DNA of 63,793 nucleotides, counting the filler, from Polymyxa betae A26-41 (Eukaryota > Protista > Endomyxa: Phytomyxea), in assembly GCA_003693705.1 (NCBI GenBank). It is 7 parts of 7 records of this genome, joined end to end, with 100 filler letters (N's around TTAATTAATTAA, not from the genome) between each part and the next. Parts side by side here need not be neighbours in the genome. Positions count along the whole stretch, not along the records: positions 1 to 14,667 come from RBZT01000361.1; 6 more parts are not named here. One strand, 5' to 3'. How positions within the stretch are numbered: the stretch's first letter is position 1; every line of letters starts with the position of its first letter. Of this stretch, positions 1 to 13,167 are shown one piece after another. Under the pieces are notes generated by a model. It had not been told where the DNA came from and made no database searches. It saw only the letters and a program-made list of their open reading frames with translations. A program made the translations under genes and the position numbers.

Positions 1-170
1 GTATGGGATGCGATTTTTGCTTTAAATCCCGTAGATGGTATAAATGGAAATTAGTATGGGATGTGATCTTTTTTAAAATCCCGTAGATGGTATAATATAC
101 CATGTACCGGTATGGAAATTAGTATAGGAATGCGATTTTGTCTTTAAAACCCCGTAGATGGTATAAAAGA
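1..170. repeat. Imperfect tandem repeat, 3 copies of a ~55-70 bp unit
   Basis: gtat(g/a)gga..g.gatt....aaa(t/c)cccgtagatggtataa recurs at ~1, ~54 and ~122. Confidence 0.85.
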
Positions 171-1599
171 AAATCTTAATCCCTTAAAAGAATGATGGCA
201 GCAGCCAATATCAACCATCATACAGTACAAGGTTTTTTTTGGAAGCAGAAGGATGAAGATACGCTGTTCATATCGAGAAGCTGATTGGCACGATATAGTG
301 TTTTATTGTGTCGGAACCAGAATCACCAGTCTTGTCCAATTCAGCTGTTCAATTTGCATTAGAAAAGCTTACGCAGAGGAATCCCGGCTGAAGGTCATGG
401 TCGAACGGGCAATCCGAATACCATCGTTTTAATGTATGAACAATTCTCGACGAAAGGATAGAGCGAATGTCACAGAAGACGAAAGAATATCGGATCTGGC
501 AGCAATTTTCCAAAGATCTGATTATGCGCTCGATTTCCGATGAAACCAGCTATCAGTATGTTCCGGTCGATGCTGTTAAAGACCTCCGCGAATCTCACGA
601 AATCGCAAAATTGCGCCGCTGCCAATATTGACGACGGCGTTATTCGTAATCCGCTGAAAACACGAACCATGGTCGCCCAAAAACTGAAGGCAAGCGATAC
701 ATGACTCAGGCAGCAGAGGCGACGTAAAAAGAATAGAAAAATGTACTGAATTTGATTGGCATGAAAATCCCAAGCTGAAAACTTGTATCGAGCGACAGAA
801 ATGTCGAATCTGCGAAACGGAGTCGGGCAAAAATTTGTGCGACTCCGTGGTCGTACCCATCGTACAGTGTAGCAGGTTCGTTTGAATCAAGCTGAATATA
901 TGCGAACAAATTTATTGACACTATGGGATTGCTATCTTACAATTATTCGAATGCTTTATTTGGGCTTTAAACAGCGTTAAACCAGATTAAAGCAGGCGTT
1001 TAAGGCGGCGGATCTCGAAATTTTGATAGACTTTGCAAAGCTATCAAAACTTTATGAGACCCAATCCCTCTGTTACTTGCAATTTGCAAATTTCTGCTAT
1101 TGAAGGGCAGAATACAGGTAGACACGACCTTGCCAATGCTGAAGGCAACGGACCCAAAAATCGTCTAGAAAAGATAATGAGCAATGTTCTGCATATTGAT
1201 CTCATGTCTCTCTCGAAGGCGGAAAGGTGCCGAAATTGGTGGGCCTGATTTTGATATCACCGCCTATAGCAATACGAACCAGAAAGATCCGATCCAATCC
1301 AGCTTCCATAATTCCGAGTATTCGCTCGCTTTAGTCACACATACGAATTGCAGCTGAAAATTCGTGAAAAAAAAATTGAAGAGTGGTATGAGGTAGCTAG
1401 AATGTCTTTAGTCAGGCTGCAAATTATTCTAAAAGGCAGCAAACAAAGAAGCCGCTTCATGAAGAATGATGAATGATAAACAGAGATAAAATTCAAACTG
1501 CGTTTGCGAACGATTGCAATCAACGAATCCTTCAGACGTTACGAGATTGCCTTTCTATCATCACACACGTCGTAGCAGGATCGTTGAGTTTATTGCTGA

Positions 1600-1874
1600 T
1601 CAATGAACGTTGTTGAAGAGGAAGGCGGTCAGAGCAGCAGCAAGACCAGCCATAACCTTGGTCTTGATTTCAGATGCATCTGAATTGTAGAAGAAATATC
1701 CCTCAGGATCAGGATGTTGAGCAGCAAAAGCACCATCGTCATCAAACCCGCTACAAAATTACAAGCAGAATGGCGACAATGTAAGAGGGAAAGGATTTAC
1801 AGAGAAGGGGTCATGATCTGAGAGAAGACCATCAACGGAGCGAGCAGGATCGTGATAGTGGTTGCTGGGGACAT
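1600..1874 (-). CDS. Small secreted or GPI/tail-anchored orphan protein, 74 aa, 2 exons (1874-1801, 1750-1600)
   Basis: Removing a 50-nt GT-AG intron gives MSPATTITILLAPLMVFSQIMTPSLGFDDDGAFAAQHPDPEGYFFYNSDASEIKTKVMAGLAAALTAFLFNNVH*; hydrophobic N- and C-termini; AATAAA just after the stop; absent from the ORF track. Confidence 0.65.
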
Positions 1875-1960
1875 GGCGACTAAAACAAGAATGGCGAGAG
1901 GTATCCAAATGGATGGGGGACGGGAATTTCGGACTTAACGGAGTCCGCACAGTCAGCACC

Positions 1961-3114
1961 GGGAAACTACTTCTGTCTGTCGACAGGTGGCGCAGCCTGC
2001 TGTCTGTCGACAGATATGCGCAGCGGCACCATCTGTCTCTCTCTCTCTCCCTCTCTCCCAGTCTCTCCCTCTCTGTGGTATATATCTGGCTCTGTGTGGT
2101 AGACGTTCGCACACTATGCCTCTTAGCTTCAATATGACTTTATTAAAAAAACGGGCAGCGTGATCCTTACGATGATCTGTTGCCTCAACGCCATTTTTCC
2201 GCATAATTAAAGAATAGAGAGATGGTTACAGAGACGCCATTCATTTGGTAGAAGAGAAACCTGTCAGTCAATGTCAGCTAACAATTTTTTTAAACACAGC
2301 AAGCAGTACATTGAAAGGATCGATCTGACTTGAAATTGCCACAGAACAAATGTGACGACAGGGGATAGAGGTGCTTCGGAAAGAATCACAATCGCATGAA
2401 TCTCTGAACGGCACCAATGGTCGATGTAACCTTCCAGGTAGCGACTGTCTCATCGTTCACACCACAGACCTTGATAACGTTTGTTTACAAGACAGACGAT
2501 ACACCAGTTTCAATTTTTCTTGACAAAAATCGCTATTTGCTCGCCGTTCTTGAATCAGTTTTTTAAATGATTTTCAATGATTCAGTTTCTTGCCGTCCAA
2601 CAATACTGATGAAGTGCTGAAGAAATTTGCAGCAGGCTAAATTTCCGCAGCTCGGGATTGTCCCTTTCCCCTTGATTCTCGAGTTTGACCCATCTGCCCG
2701 GAAACTGCCCACCGTTTTCGCAGTAAACGTTTGGATTCATGAGCCCCACACACTTTCTCCTTGTCAGAATTCAGCTTCTGAATGAAGCTCAATGCACTTG
2801 AACTACTTGCGTATTTGTTTTAACACGACTGTAGCTGTCGTTGCAATTGTTCACTGATTCGATTTTCATAAATTGCAGAATTCATTTTAATGATGAACGG
2901 ATCACTGTGCTGTCCAAACCCTACACAAAATTGAGTTATTATGGAATAACGCGACGGCAAGCAACTGAGCGTAATTTTACATGCACCAGTATAGAACTGA
3001 TGACGTATAATGGTTTGTGCAAAACAGGTGAGTTGTTAGCAAGATGATTCGCCGCCATTGCGAACCGACAGACAGCAGGCTGCGCCATCTGTCGACAGAC
3101 AGAAGTAGTTTCCC
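1961..3114. mobile_element. Non-autonomous Mutator-like (MULE) DNA transposon
   Basis: 49-bp TIRs (1961-2009 and 3066-3114, one mismatch; gggaaactacttctgtctgtcgacag...); 9-bp TSD gtcagcacc at 1952-1960 and 3115-3123; internal minus-strand SWIM zinc-finger remnant CDCDSFRSTSIPCRHI at ~2348-2396. Confidence 0.92.
2034..2074. repeat. CT-rich microsatellite inside the MULE element
   Basis: tgtctctctctctctccctctctcccagtctctccctctct. Confidence 0.8.
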
Positions 3115-4590
3115 GTCAGCACCGCTATGAATCACTTCTCTATTATTAATTTCTTGAAATGCACTGCAACACTGACAGATTCATCGTAATAGATTAGCAG
3201 GAAACTTCAACTGAATATTCGTGAAAGCAATGGAAGAGTTGTATGAATTGGTTAGAAGGCCTTTACTCAGGGCGCAAACTATTCCAAATGCAGCCAAACG
3301 TTGTTTTCGGGAAGAACGATGAACTAAGAAACAAAATCCTAACCGCTATTGCAGAGAAAGATTGAAACAGCGCAGACTGCATGAAATTAGAAAGTACCAT
3401 TGACTTCAACAAAAAATCTATTCGATAAATTAAAGGCGTACTATGGAAGACGATCATTGATGATTGGATATACAGCAATATACGCCGTTAGGTTGCAGAC
3501 AGCCAGGTAAATGCCATTTTAACAGAAGCGAACATTCGCAAAACCAAAAATGAAGACTAAAGATAACATCATGGGGAATATCAAAAACCGTGGACTCTGT
3601 TGTGAGGTTTAAACAGTCCAGATGATCCCAAACGTAAATGCAATCTCTTGATAACATCGACAGAGAGCACCAAAAATATATCACAAATAGACAGCGGAAA
3701 CGCAAAAATTTGAATTCTTAAAAATTCGTGCTGTAACATTTTTTCAGCATGTTTGCGAATGATTATGTGATCCTGGCCTTGGAACTTCCGGAAGGAATTT
3801 GGAAAGCAAGCATTTCGTGAATCATTACGGTTTGTAAGCAAAAACAACCGATGCACATGTTTAGCATCAAACTCTATTTTTGTTGGAACTACAGCGACTT
3901 TCGAGGAGTCCAAACACACAGGACAGATGAGATTTGAGAAAGAGAAGGATTTTTGTTCAGCAGACGGATGCGCAGAATTGTGCGGATACGCTGGGATGTC
4001 CTCTAGGTTCGATATTATCGATGTGATTCAAGAAGTTTCCAGCTTGGAAGTAACCTGTTGATATTATTTAAGCAAGTGACATCATCGTCTTTCTGTGTCT
4101 ACGCCACCACAGTCACAATGCTGCTGGTATCATCCTCCAATTTAATCGTAGGCGCCATCGACGTGCCAGACATTACAAGCAGGGGTATCCATAATACGTG
4201 AGGGTCAGGCAGACGTTACGACTCCCAAGAATAAAGAGCGTCGCGTCATTTCTGCCCCTCGCAGTTGCAGCATTGGCAGTACAGCCTGCGCACATAGCTG
4301 ATAAAAGGCGTTTTTATTGATCTATCTCATACATCACGTGAATTGTCTTGAGGGATGACAGCAATCGGAAGCTTACATCGTATTGCGGAACTGGAACGTT
4401 TCTCATCGCCAACGTCCAGGATACGATTCTTCTTATCGACTTGTCCCATCCAAAGGCATGTGCGATCCTCCACAGCGATAATTTCGAAGGTAGAGGAGAT
4501 CCCGAAGGCTACGCACTATTCTGTTCGTCGACGAATGGAAGGCTGCGCATCCGTCGACAGACAGAAACCCTTTCCCGAGTGTACAGAAGG

Positions 4591-4716
4591 GCTGCTCTGA
4601 AAGAAGAGGCTGCGCTGAAAGAAGCGGCTGCGCTGAAAGAAGCGGCTGCGCTGAAAGAAGAGGCTGCGCTGAAAGAAGAGGCTGCGCTGAAAGAAGAGGC
4701 TGCGCTGAAAGAAGAG
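4591..4716. repeat. 18-bp minisatellite, 7 copies, between two TIR-like motifs
   Basis: gctgcgctgaaagaag(a/c)g x7; flanked at ~4541-4576 and ~4717-4757 by gctgcgcatccgtcgac..agacagaaacc(c)tttccc, which resembles the right TIR of the 1961-3114 element. Confidence 0.9.
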
Positions 4717-6310
4717 GCTGCGCATCCGTCGACGCTCGACAGACAGAAACCTTTCCCATCCTTAATCGCTCCTTTGCTCATTTTAGGGATTTTCGGTTCT
4801 ACAATATCGCTTCGCTAGATTTTTATATCGCTGATAATCATTACAAAATTACGAAACGATATGCAGTAAGAATAATAAGAAGGGTGCTGTTTGATCGACT
4901 TTCAGGTGATCGCGACCAGCAGATCAGAATTGAGGCATTTTATTGGTTTTGAGAGCAATCACAGTAACTTCCGCTGCCTGATGCTGTGAACGTGATACCT
5001 CGGTTGGAGATCGTTATCGGATTCGATTAACCAAGTGAAGATATTCTCCAAGAAATCACGATCAGAAAATGCTGGAAGAGGTTTGGCTGAAAATCAGTCT
5101 CCACCAGCGCTGCTACCACGACATGATTGTTTCGAAAAGATTCTCACAACCTGGAATGCTGTTGAACTGAAAAACTCGGAAAATGTTAGATCCGGTCTGT
5201 GCTTGAACTGAGTATAGTTTAGTTTACAAATCATTTCGAATTCTAATTGGTTGATTTTGGTCAATAGGCGGCGCTGTATCCGAAGCGGTTTAGAAAGTGA
5301 GATCTCTATTATTGACATTTTCTGCCAACGTAGCTGCCAGTAGATTGAAAATCCCGAAGTTTAAAAGCTTCGTGAGTGCATAACCTCTAGAAGTGATCTG
5401 TAAGCAGATTCGCTACCAGGCTGAGAGTTGGCATTCATATCAGTTCATCGTCTGTATTATGGTGGGGAGAAAACGACAGATGCCGATTTGTGGCCGATAT
5501 AATCTTGCTCTAATTCTATCCAACTGCCTGATGATGGCAAAAGGCTATAACAGATTACCTCGAATGCCATGGATTCCATGTCTCCAATGAGCTCAATCAG
5601 ATCCCACGCCCCATAAAGATTATCTTGATGATAATAGGCCCGCGATCCAACCATAGAGAAAGCATATTTATAAGCCCATTTAATGAGTATGCGAGTTAGC
5701 CCAAGGTTGACGTTTATCAGAAGATCATCTCCTGTACGTTTGGTAGTATATGCAATCAAGAATCAATCTGGCTTTCCAACAAGCTGTCAAACCCAGAGAA
5801 CTTTCATGAAATGCGATGGCTGATACAGCAGCTTCTTTTCATCGTAAAGCGAAAGTGGCCGATTCCTACGATTAGTCGTAGAATAAAGCACAGCAGCAAC
5901 ACCCATGAACTGTTGATGTCAAATACGATCTCATGTTCGGCCTGTCACTTGCATCGATTTGATTTCATTCGAAAATGGAGGCTCTGCTGATGTGGTTAGA
6001 GCAGTCTTATGATCGCTTAGCGACGGGCCAATTTCGAGGGTTAAGCAATGGCATAAATCAACGTATTCGCTTTTGAAATCGGCTCAAAAAAAACCATTCA
6101 AAAGCCAATGACCGAACATTGTAAAGGCAATCGATCGATAGGATTGGTCCATTCCGATTATGCTTTTAATCAATATTCAAGTTCCGACGGAACGTGACGT
6201 CTGAGCTCAGCCCAAGCAGTTCGCCATATAGCGCTGGCATCGAGCCAAGCGTTCCCATAAATCCAATCCGATCTCTAATATTCAAACCTTCGCTATACTA
6301 TATCTAAACC

Positions 6311-6883
6311 ATGCGATTCGCTCTCATTCTGGCCGCATCCGTTGCAATCGCGTTTGTCAACGCTGACAAAGATGAGGAAATTCTACAGGAGTTCCTCAAC
6401 AAAAATCCGGCTGAGTGCATGACCATCCTGTCACGAGTTGTTTTTAGCTCCCGAAACGAACTTCTCGACCAGATCGAGAACAATGTACCGTTCGCCAAGT
6501 CAAGCAAGAAATGGCTCAGGTCGTTCACGAAAATCTTGCCATCGAAAAACGATTGGCCTTCATCGTACTGGGGCCAGGAATGTGATCCCAGCGGCGAAGC
6601 ATTAGAGAGTGCCGTTAGATTGGGGTACAAGCCGGCGATTTCAATGACGGCCAATGAGCTCGAGTTCATGTCGAAACTTCGTGAGCATCGCGAATATGAC
6701 GAGAAGAAGACAGGAGAGGATACGCTGAAAAATCAGGATATTGAAAAAATGATGAATAACGGACAGGACAAGGTACCGGTTCCAAGCAGCTGGGTATGGC
6801 AAGATCACGTCCTGGTCTGGGGAGGAATCCCCATGACACTGGTCATGGTTGGCCTAGCATACAAAGCCTTCATCATGAAATGA
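6311..6883 (+). CDS. Orphan protein with signal peptide and C-terminal transmembrane helix (190 aa, intronless; candidate surface or effector protein)
   Basis: MRFALILAASVAIAFVNA signal peptide; VLVWGGIPMTLVMVGLAY hydrophobic C-terminal segment; AATAAA at ~6915. Confidence 0.8.
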   Translation: MRFALILAASVAIAFVNADKDEEILQEFLNKNPAECMTILSRVVFSSRNELLDQIENNVPFAKSSKKWLRSFTKILPSKNDWPSSYWGQECDPSGEALESAVRLGYKPAISMTANELEFMSKLREHREYDEKKTGEDTLKNQDIEKMMNNGQDKVPVPSSWVWQDHVLVWGGIPMTLVMVGLAYKAFIMK

Positions 6884-7081
6884 TCACATACGATTAGACC
6901 GGAAAGCCCCTATCAATAAAGATGAACAGAACATTTCCCATATAAGCAAATACATGGTTTGAAAACATGACAGAGCTGAAAACACTTTCAACAAAAGGCG
7001 GAAACAAATTTATAAAATAAAAATCAGGCCTTTTAGCAGAAAGTCTCGGCACCGCTAAAAAAGAAAGTGCAATTTTTTCAA

Positions 7082-7189
7082 AATCCAACGAATTAAAATT
7101 GAAATACCTCAGAATGGGATTTCAAACAATGCAGTTCAACAATCCAACGAATTCAAATAGAAAATGCCTCAGAATGGGATTTCAAACAA
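7082..7189. repeat. Direct tandem duplication, ~59-bp unit
   Basis: aatccaacgaatt.aaat.gaaa...cctcagaatgggatttcaaacaat at 7082 and 7141. Confidence 0.85.
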
Positions 7190-7356
7190 TCCTGAGTTCG
7201 GAAGCCGCAAATGCTAAATCGTGTAAATAAGAGTTGCAAAAGATTTCGAACAAGGAAGATACCAGAATAATCAACTCTTCGAACTGCTCTGCCCAGATCC
7301 AGTTCGGCCGAATCTTATGAAGCCCATCGAATCATTTCGAGCCCGACCCTTGCCTC

Positions 7357-8454
7357 ATGGGCTCCATCATTACATGGCCATACAGGCTGTGGGTTAACCT
7401 GATCTTGAAGCCATGGTGGCTGGGTCTGCCGACTGATGTGATCGTCTTCGAGCTGAACGGGCCAATGCTGATGGTCCCTATGCGCAATCGTCTCTATCGC
7501 GATCTGGACTTTAACTACGATCCGGCCTCTCATTGGCGCTATGAACGTCTGGAAGGCCGCTTTTTCGAAAGAACCATCACAAAGCCCAGTTGGTACTTGA
7601 ACATTTGTTCCAAGGTTCCAGCAAATCAAATCCTTCATTCGTCTTTGAAAAATTTCACTGGTTTTAGCGAAAGTTTCGATTCTTTTTCGAAAAGTTCTTG
7701 GTGATGGTTTGAGTTGAGTATGAAGCTGTTTTTGACAAGTTTTATCTGGTGGATATATTGTGTTTGTTGTGCTGTTGTAAAGATTCATTCGGCTTGTCAT
7801 AGTTTGTCTCTGGATATGATACAATTCGTAGAATACGGATTGTCAGCCAGTATGAATGCGATTTCGAACCTGGAGACGTCTCCATCGTTGAACTGAATTT
7901 CACGAACTCGACCAAAGCAGCTTTTGTATCAGCATCGTGGTCGTCGTCGCGTGAAATCCTCACCGAATGGATCCTGGCAATCGTGACATCGATAACGGCT
8001 CAGAAGCGCCAAATCCCCATCGTCGTGTTCGTTAGCGAGATGTTTGTCGATCCCGAACATCTGCTAAGCTCAAACAAACGAATCCGGCTATCAGATTTAC
8101 GGCAGATGATACTGGGAAGTATTCCCGAAATATCAGATAATCTTTTAGTTTTGTCTTTGCGTGCTAGAACCCAAATCTGGGATCTCAACGATGCATTCGA
8201 ATTCATATACTATGTGCATAGTGAAGGGATGGTACGATGGCGTCGATATCCAGAGTTTGAGGTGCCAAATTTTTTCGACCATGTCAAAGGAATCCGATGA
8301 TCACAATTTCTTTCTGGAATCTGTGCTAAGATCAAAGAGTAAACGTCAAATCTTTCCACAAACTGTACCGCGAAAACAGATGCGTTCGTTTTCGATACTG
8401 TTTGTAAACATCTATTCGTGTATCGTACAATCAACGAGCCCGAAACAGTCATGA
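7357..8454 (+). CDS. Hypothetical spliced protein (~3 exons)
   Basis: Exon 7357-7614 (..NICSK) joins via GT..AG to an open exon from 7803 (FVSGYDTIRR..IPIVVFVSE..QMILG), then a probable short intron to ~8169; 3' end uncertain. Confidence 0.45.
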
Positions 8455-8762
8455 ACTTAATGCGCTCGCAGCATCACTGGATTGGCAAATGCTTGTCAAC
8501 AGAAAGTACATTTGCCAATTTGCATCGTTATCCTGTTTCTGATTTCACCAGATGCTTCAGACGAAAAGAACACTGGAAAAGATTCAAAAAGGCAACAAAT
8601 TCAGAGCGCAGCCCTCGAAAAGCTCGCTCAGGAGGCCGCATCCTGTGTTTACAAAGAAGGCTTTTTTCGACGCCGGGTTGCGCTTTCTAGCATAGTTTTT
8701 CGACTTTCGTCGCCGTCGTCGTCGTCGACGTTAACAGTAGACAACGACGCGCGATTTCGGCT

Positions 8763-11700
8763 ATGGAAAGCGGTAAAAAGAACGATCGCCAAGGTTAGTC
8801 TGGTGGCATCCTGATTTCTCCGTCTTCGCTTCGGATCCGTTTTCCTCCTTACAGCCCTTTAATTTTCCCTTTGAAACTCTTCGAATTTTACTTGGTCTTT
8901 GCTCTATTGATTTTATGGATTTTGCGATGAGGCTGATTTTTTCGACAGAATCATCGCCTTTTGAGGGTATACAGAAAGGTCTCGTCCTTCATGATGCGAA
9001 AATCTTCAATGAGCAGCAAATCAACCCTCGTAGCTGCTGCCGAGTTCTGACCAAAATTCTCTACCTTCTATGCCAGGGAGAGAAGTTCAGTAGTGATGAG
9101 GCAACAGGCGTCTTCTTTGGCGTGACGAAACTTTTTCAATCGCACAATGTAAGTAAAATGAATGTACCTGGGTGCCGTTATACAATATTATCTCTTTTCA
9201 TCTCCCTTCAGTCACGTTCAGAATTTCGTCTTTCAATTTTTTCTCCAAATTTCTAAAGCACTTGTTTTGGTTTGAATTCTTCCGTTATCTCTATATTAAT
9301 TGCTGCTTTCAGGTGGCGCTTCGTCGTATGGTCTATCTTGTGATCAAAGAGCTCGCTCGTGGTCAAGATAATGTCTTCGTTGTGATTAACTGTCTTAGCA
9401 AAGATATGAATAGCAGCAATGATATGTTTCGCGCCAATGCAATTCGTGTGTTTGCCAAAGTTATAGACGCCTCGATGCTTGGCACAATGGAGCGCTTTCT
9501 GAAACAAGTATGTCTTTCATTTGTTTCTCAAAGTTTAACAAGTCTTTAAATCGACTTTCTTTGCAAGTCATTTAATGCTGTTGTATTTTTTTATACCTCT
9601 TTCCGAGTGGTTTGTAAGTTTTTGTTTTTTCCAATTCATGATTAAGTACTCTTTGGTGAGCACTTTCTACATCTTATCAATTTTCACGTTCTGGGTGACC
9701 TTTGATTTGAACTGTTAGGCTGTGGTCGATCGAAACCCAATTGTTTCGTCAGCAGCGTTAGTTGCGGGCCAACAGCTGTTTCGAATCTCCCCTGAACCCA
9801 TTCGTCGCTGGCAAAACGAAATTCAGGAAGCTGTTCACTCCAAATCCAAGATGGTCCAGTATCACGCTCTTGCATTACTCTGCATGGTCAAGCAACATGA
9901 CCGTTTGGCTATTCAAAAGGTAGCTACAATCCGGTGTAGAATTTCCAATTTTTTCGAACGTTGCTTTTATAACTCAGCTTGTTTTGCTGATTATAATTAC
10001 GCTTTGGGATATGCTCTTAACTCTCTTCTGATTTTTCTCTAGGTAGTCTCATCCCTGGCAAAACGCTCTCCCAGATCCCAGTTATCTCATTGTCTTCTCA
10101 TCCGCCATATCGTTCGACTACTCAGAGTGGAGCCTGATCAGGTTTCATGCTGTGACCAGTGATTACCTCAATGCTAACTTTTCGTTAGGCACTTAATGAC
10201 TTTTTGATGTCATGCTTACGAAATAAATCGTCCATGGTTGTGTTTGAAGCCGTTCGTGGCATTTGCTCCTTAACAAATGCAGCGTCACACCAGATTCAAT
10301 CTAGCATCAGCTGTACGTAGATCTTGTTTCTGTTAGGTTTTTATAGATTTCTCTAATACTAATAATGGTGTCGGTTGTTTTTCGAATCTGAATGTTGTGA
10401 ACTCAGCTATACAACATTACCTGGGCTCTACTTTGGCCATTGAACGATTCGCTGCCGTGCGTATTCTCGCCAATGCTGTCGACCAGTATCCAATGTATGT
10501 GACGCCGTGCAGCACCGATCTCGAAATGCTGATTCAAGACCCGAATCGAAGCATCGCCACTCTAGCCGTGACGACACTTGTATGTATCATTTTCGGCAAC
10601 GTGTTTTCATCCATTGATGATTTCAATGAGTTTGCTTTTGTGAATGCGCTTGCTTATGGTTTTCGAAACCGGCTGGCGTGTTTTGAGATTTACTTTATGA
10701 ATTGATATCTGACATTCATGTGTTTCTCATTCAAAAATCTTTATAACTTCGTCATTGCGAACCATACTCTTTGATTTGACTGACAATAAATTTGCCTTGA
10801 CACGGAACCTTTTCTTTTTAGCTCAAGACGGGAGTGGAGAGCTCGATCGAGAGATTGATGAAATCGATAAGTTCCTTTATGACTGAAATTTCCGACGAGC
10901 TTCGCATCGTCCTTGTCGATGCCATCCGCCTTCTGTGCTTGAGGTTTCCTCAAAAGCATGCTGCTCTTATGTCTTTCCTATCATCCATCCTTCGGGAAGA
11001 AGGTATTGTACTACTGGGCTCCAATTTTTTTCATTTCATACGAACCTAATTATTTTCTATACTCTGACGAACTTGAATTTCAATATCCTTATTGCTCGTT
11101 TGTGTCTCTCTTTGTGGTTTAGAATTTGAGTCGTTATTCTTTAAATGCTTTCGTCACTGTAACCGTATCGTGGATTTCTCTTTTGTCTTTCTTGATAATT
11201 CGTCACCTGCTTTCAATTTTAATCTTGCTATTTCAGGCGGCTTGGAGTACAAAACCGCAATTGTCAAATCAATCTTGACTCTAATGAACGAGATCGATGA
11301 GGCAAAAGACGCTGGGCTTGAACATCTCTGCGAATTCATTGAGGATTGTGAGTTCCCAACTCTTGCTGTCCAGATTCTATATGTTCTCGGTGAGGAAGGC
11401 CCGAGAACCAAAACTCCAGCGCGATATATTCGTTTCGTTTACAATCGCGTTATCCTGGAAACGCCTCAAGTTCGCGCTGCTGCCATTCAGGCGCTAGCGA
11501 AATTTGGGTCTGCCTGCCCGAATCTTGCCAAAAGCTGTATTCATCTTCTCAAACGTGGCCTAACTGATAATGACGATGAAGTTCGCGATCGTGCCACCTA
11601 TTGTTTGACCACCCTGGAGCGACAGCCTGGTGATCTAAACCAACCTTTGAATCTGGATTGGGCTGCTTTAGAGCAAGCTTTAGCTGTTTACCTCTCCGAG

Positions 11701-12751
11701 CCGAACCTTCATGATGCTCCGTTCTCACTGAAAGATGTCATGCAATATGCAACACTATCAGATGCCAACCCTGGTGGTACTACCCCTCATCTTGAACCTG
11801 GACAGGATCACATCGCGCACGTTCCCGGTGCTTTAGAACCAGAGCCGACAAACTCCTATATAGAACTTATCAACTCAATCCCCGAATTCGCTTCACTCGG
11901 CCCGCTTTATAAAAGCTGCAGAGCTGTCGAACTGACCGAAAACGAAGCTGAATATGTCACTACCTGCGTCAAGCATATCTTCCAGAACCATGTCTTATTG
12001 CAGTTCAATATCACAAGCTATATGGAAGGACAAGTACTCGTTAACGTCACTGTGGATCTAGAGAGCGATGGCCTTTGGAATGAAGAAATGTGTGTCCCAG
12101 CTCCACTGCTTCAGTTCGAGGTTGGCGGTATTGTATGGATTTGTCTGGCTCGACCTGAAGGCCAATACGGCTCTGTACCGTTTCCTGCCACTCTAAAATT
12201 CTCTGTACGAGATGCCGACGCTGACGACAGCGAACCCGGATATGATGACGAATATGAGTTGGAAGAGGTTGTGATGCTGGCCAGTGATTATCTGAAGCCC
12301 TCCGATGTGCCTGTATCCCTTGGAGAATTCCGATCGCTTTGGGATTCGTCTCCTGCCGAAACTGAGGCAATTGCTAAGACGGCATTGACGATTGATAATA
12401 TGCAAGAAGCTGTGAATGGTATCATCCGATGGCTGCCAGTGACGTACATTGAATCCAGCCACGTGGTTGAACCTGAAGCAGCGACACATTCTGTCAATAT
12501 GATCGGCGAGTTCCTGGGTGGATATCAAGTCCTTGCACGAGCAGGGTTCATGAAACCAAAGGTAACTCAATTCTATTCGTTTCTAATTTTTAAAATTCGT
12601 TTGATGGTGTTCCTGTTTAATTTCACGCTCTATAGTTCGTATTGATTTTGCTGATTTTATGATCTAGGGTCAACCAGGTATCGTTACCAAGATTGCTGTC
12701 CGATCCCCCGATCTGCAGCTATCGCAAATGGTCATCCAGCCTCTTACCTGA
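8763..12751 (+). CDS. COPG: Coatomer subunit gamma (gamma-COP/Sec21), 10 exons
   Basis: Conserved motifs [75 protein letters not shown]. Approximate exons 8763-8793, 8949-9148, 9313-9507, 9719-9919, 10043-10141, 10189-10312, 10407-10579, 10822-11002, 11238-12561, 12668-12751, all GT-AG and in frame. Confidence 0.96.
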
Positions 12752-13167
12752 TTTCATAACGTTCTGCTCTGCGTTATGAACATAAATCATGTCTATTGTC
12801 TCCTAATACACCAACATTACGGTAGCTCAAAACGCGAAATTCCTGTTCAAATCTCTCGATTATTTCATGCTGCGCATGGTTATCGAATCAGCAACCGTCA
12901 TTCAGCCCCCATTATTATGAACTAAACGGATGCGAGTTGGCAACATTACGACATTAAAGGAATCTATGAACAAGATGACTACTGTATGAATTTGTCGTTT
13001 AGAATTGCTATAATGCATAACTCAGTCGTTGAAGTTCCGATATAGTTTCAATAAGAAATCATGAAGCACGGGAGAGAGCTTTAAATTGGCATGATTTTGG
13101 GAAGTGATTGAATTTCCAAGGATGCATTTTCCAAGGATGCATTTAAAATTAAAGGCTGGATTTTATC

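Noticed and set aside
1-170. CRISPR-like repeat/spacer appearance
   Set aside because: Units are contiguous and degenerate with no unique spacers; no cas genes; eukaryotic context
200-950. Possible degenerate transposase coding remnants here and at 3200-3950
   Set aside because: Only suggestive fragments; no reliable motif set
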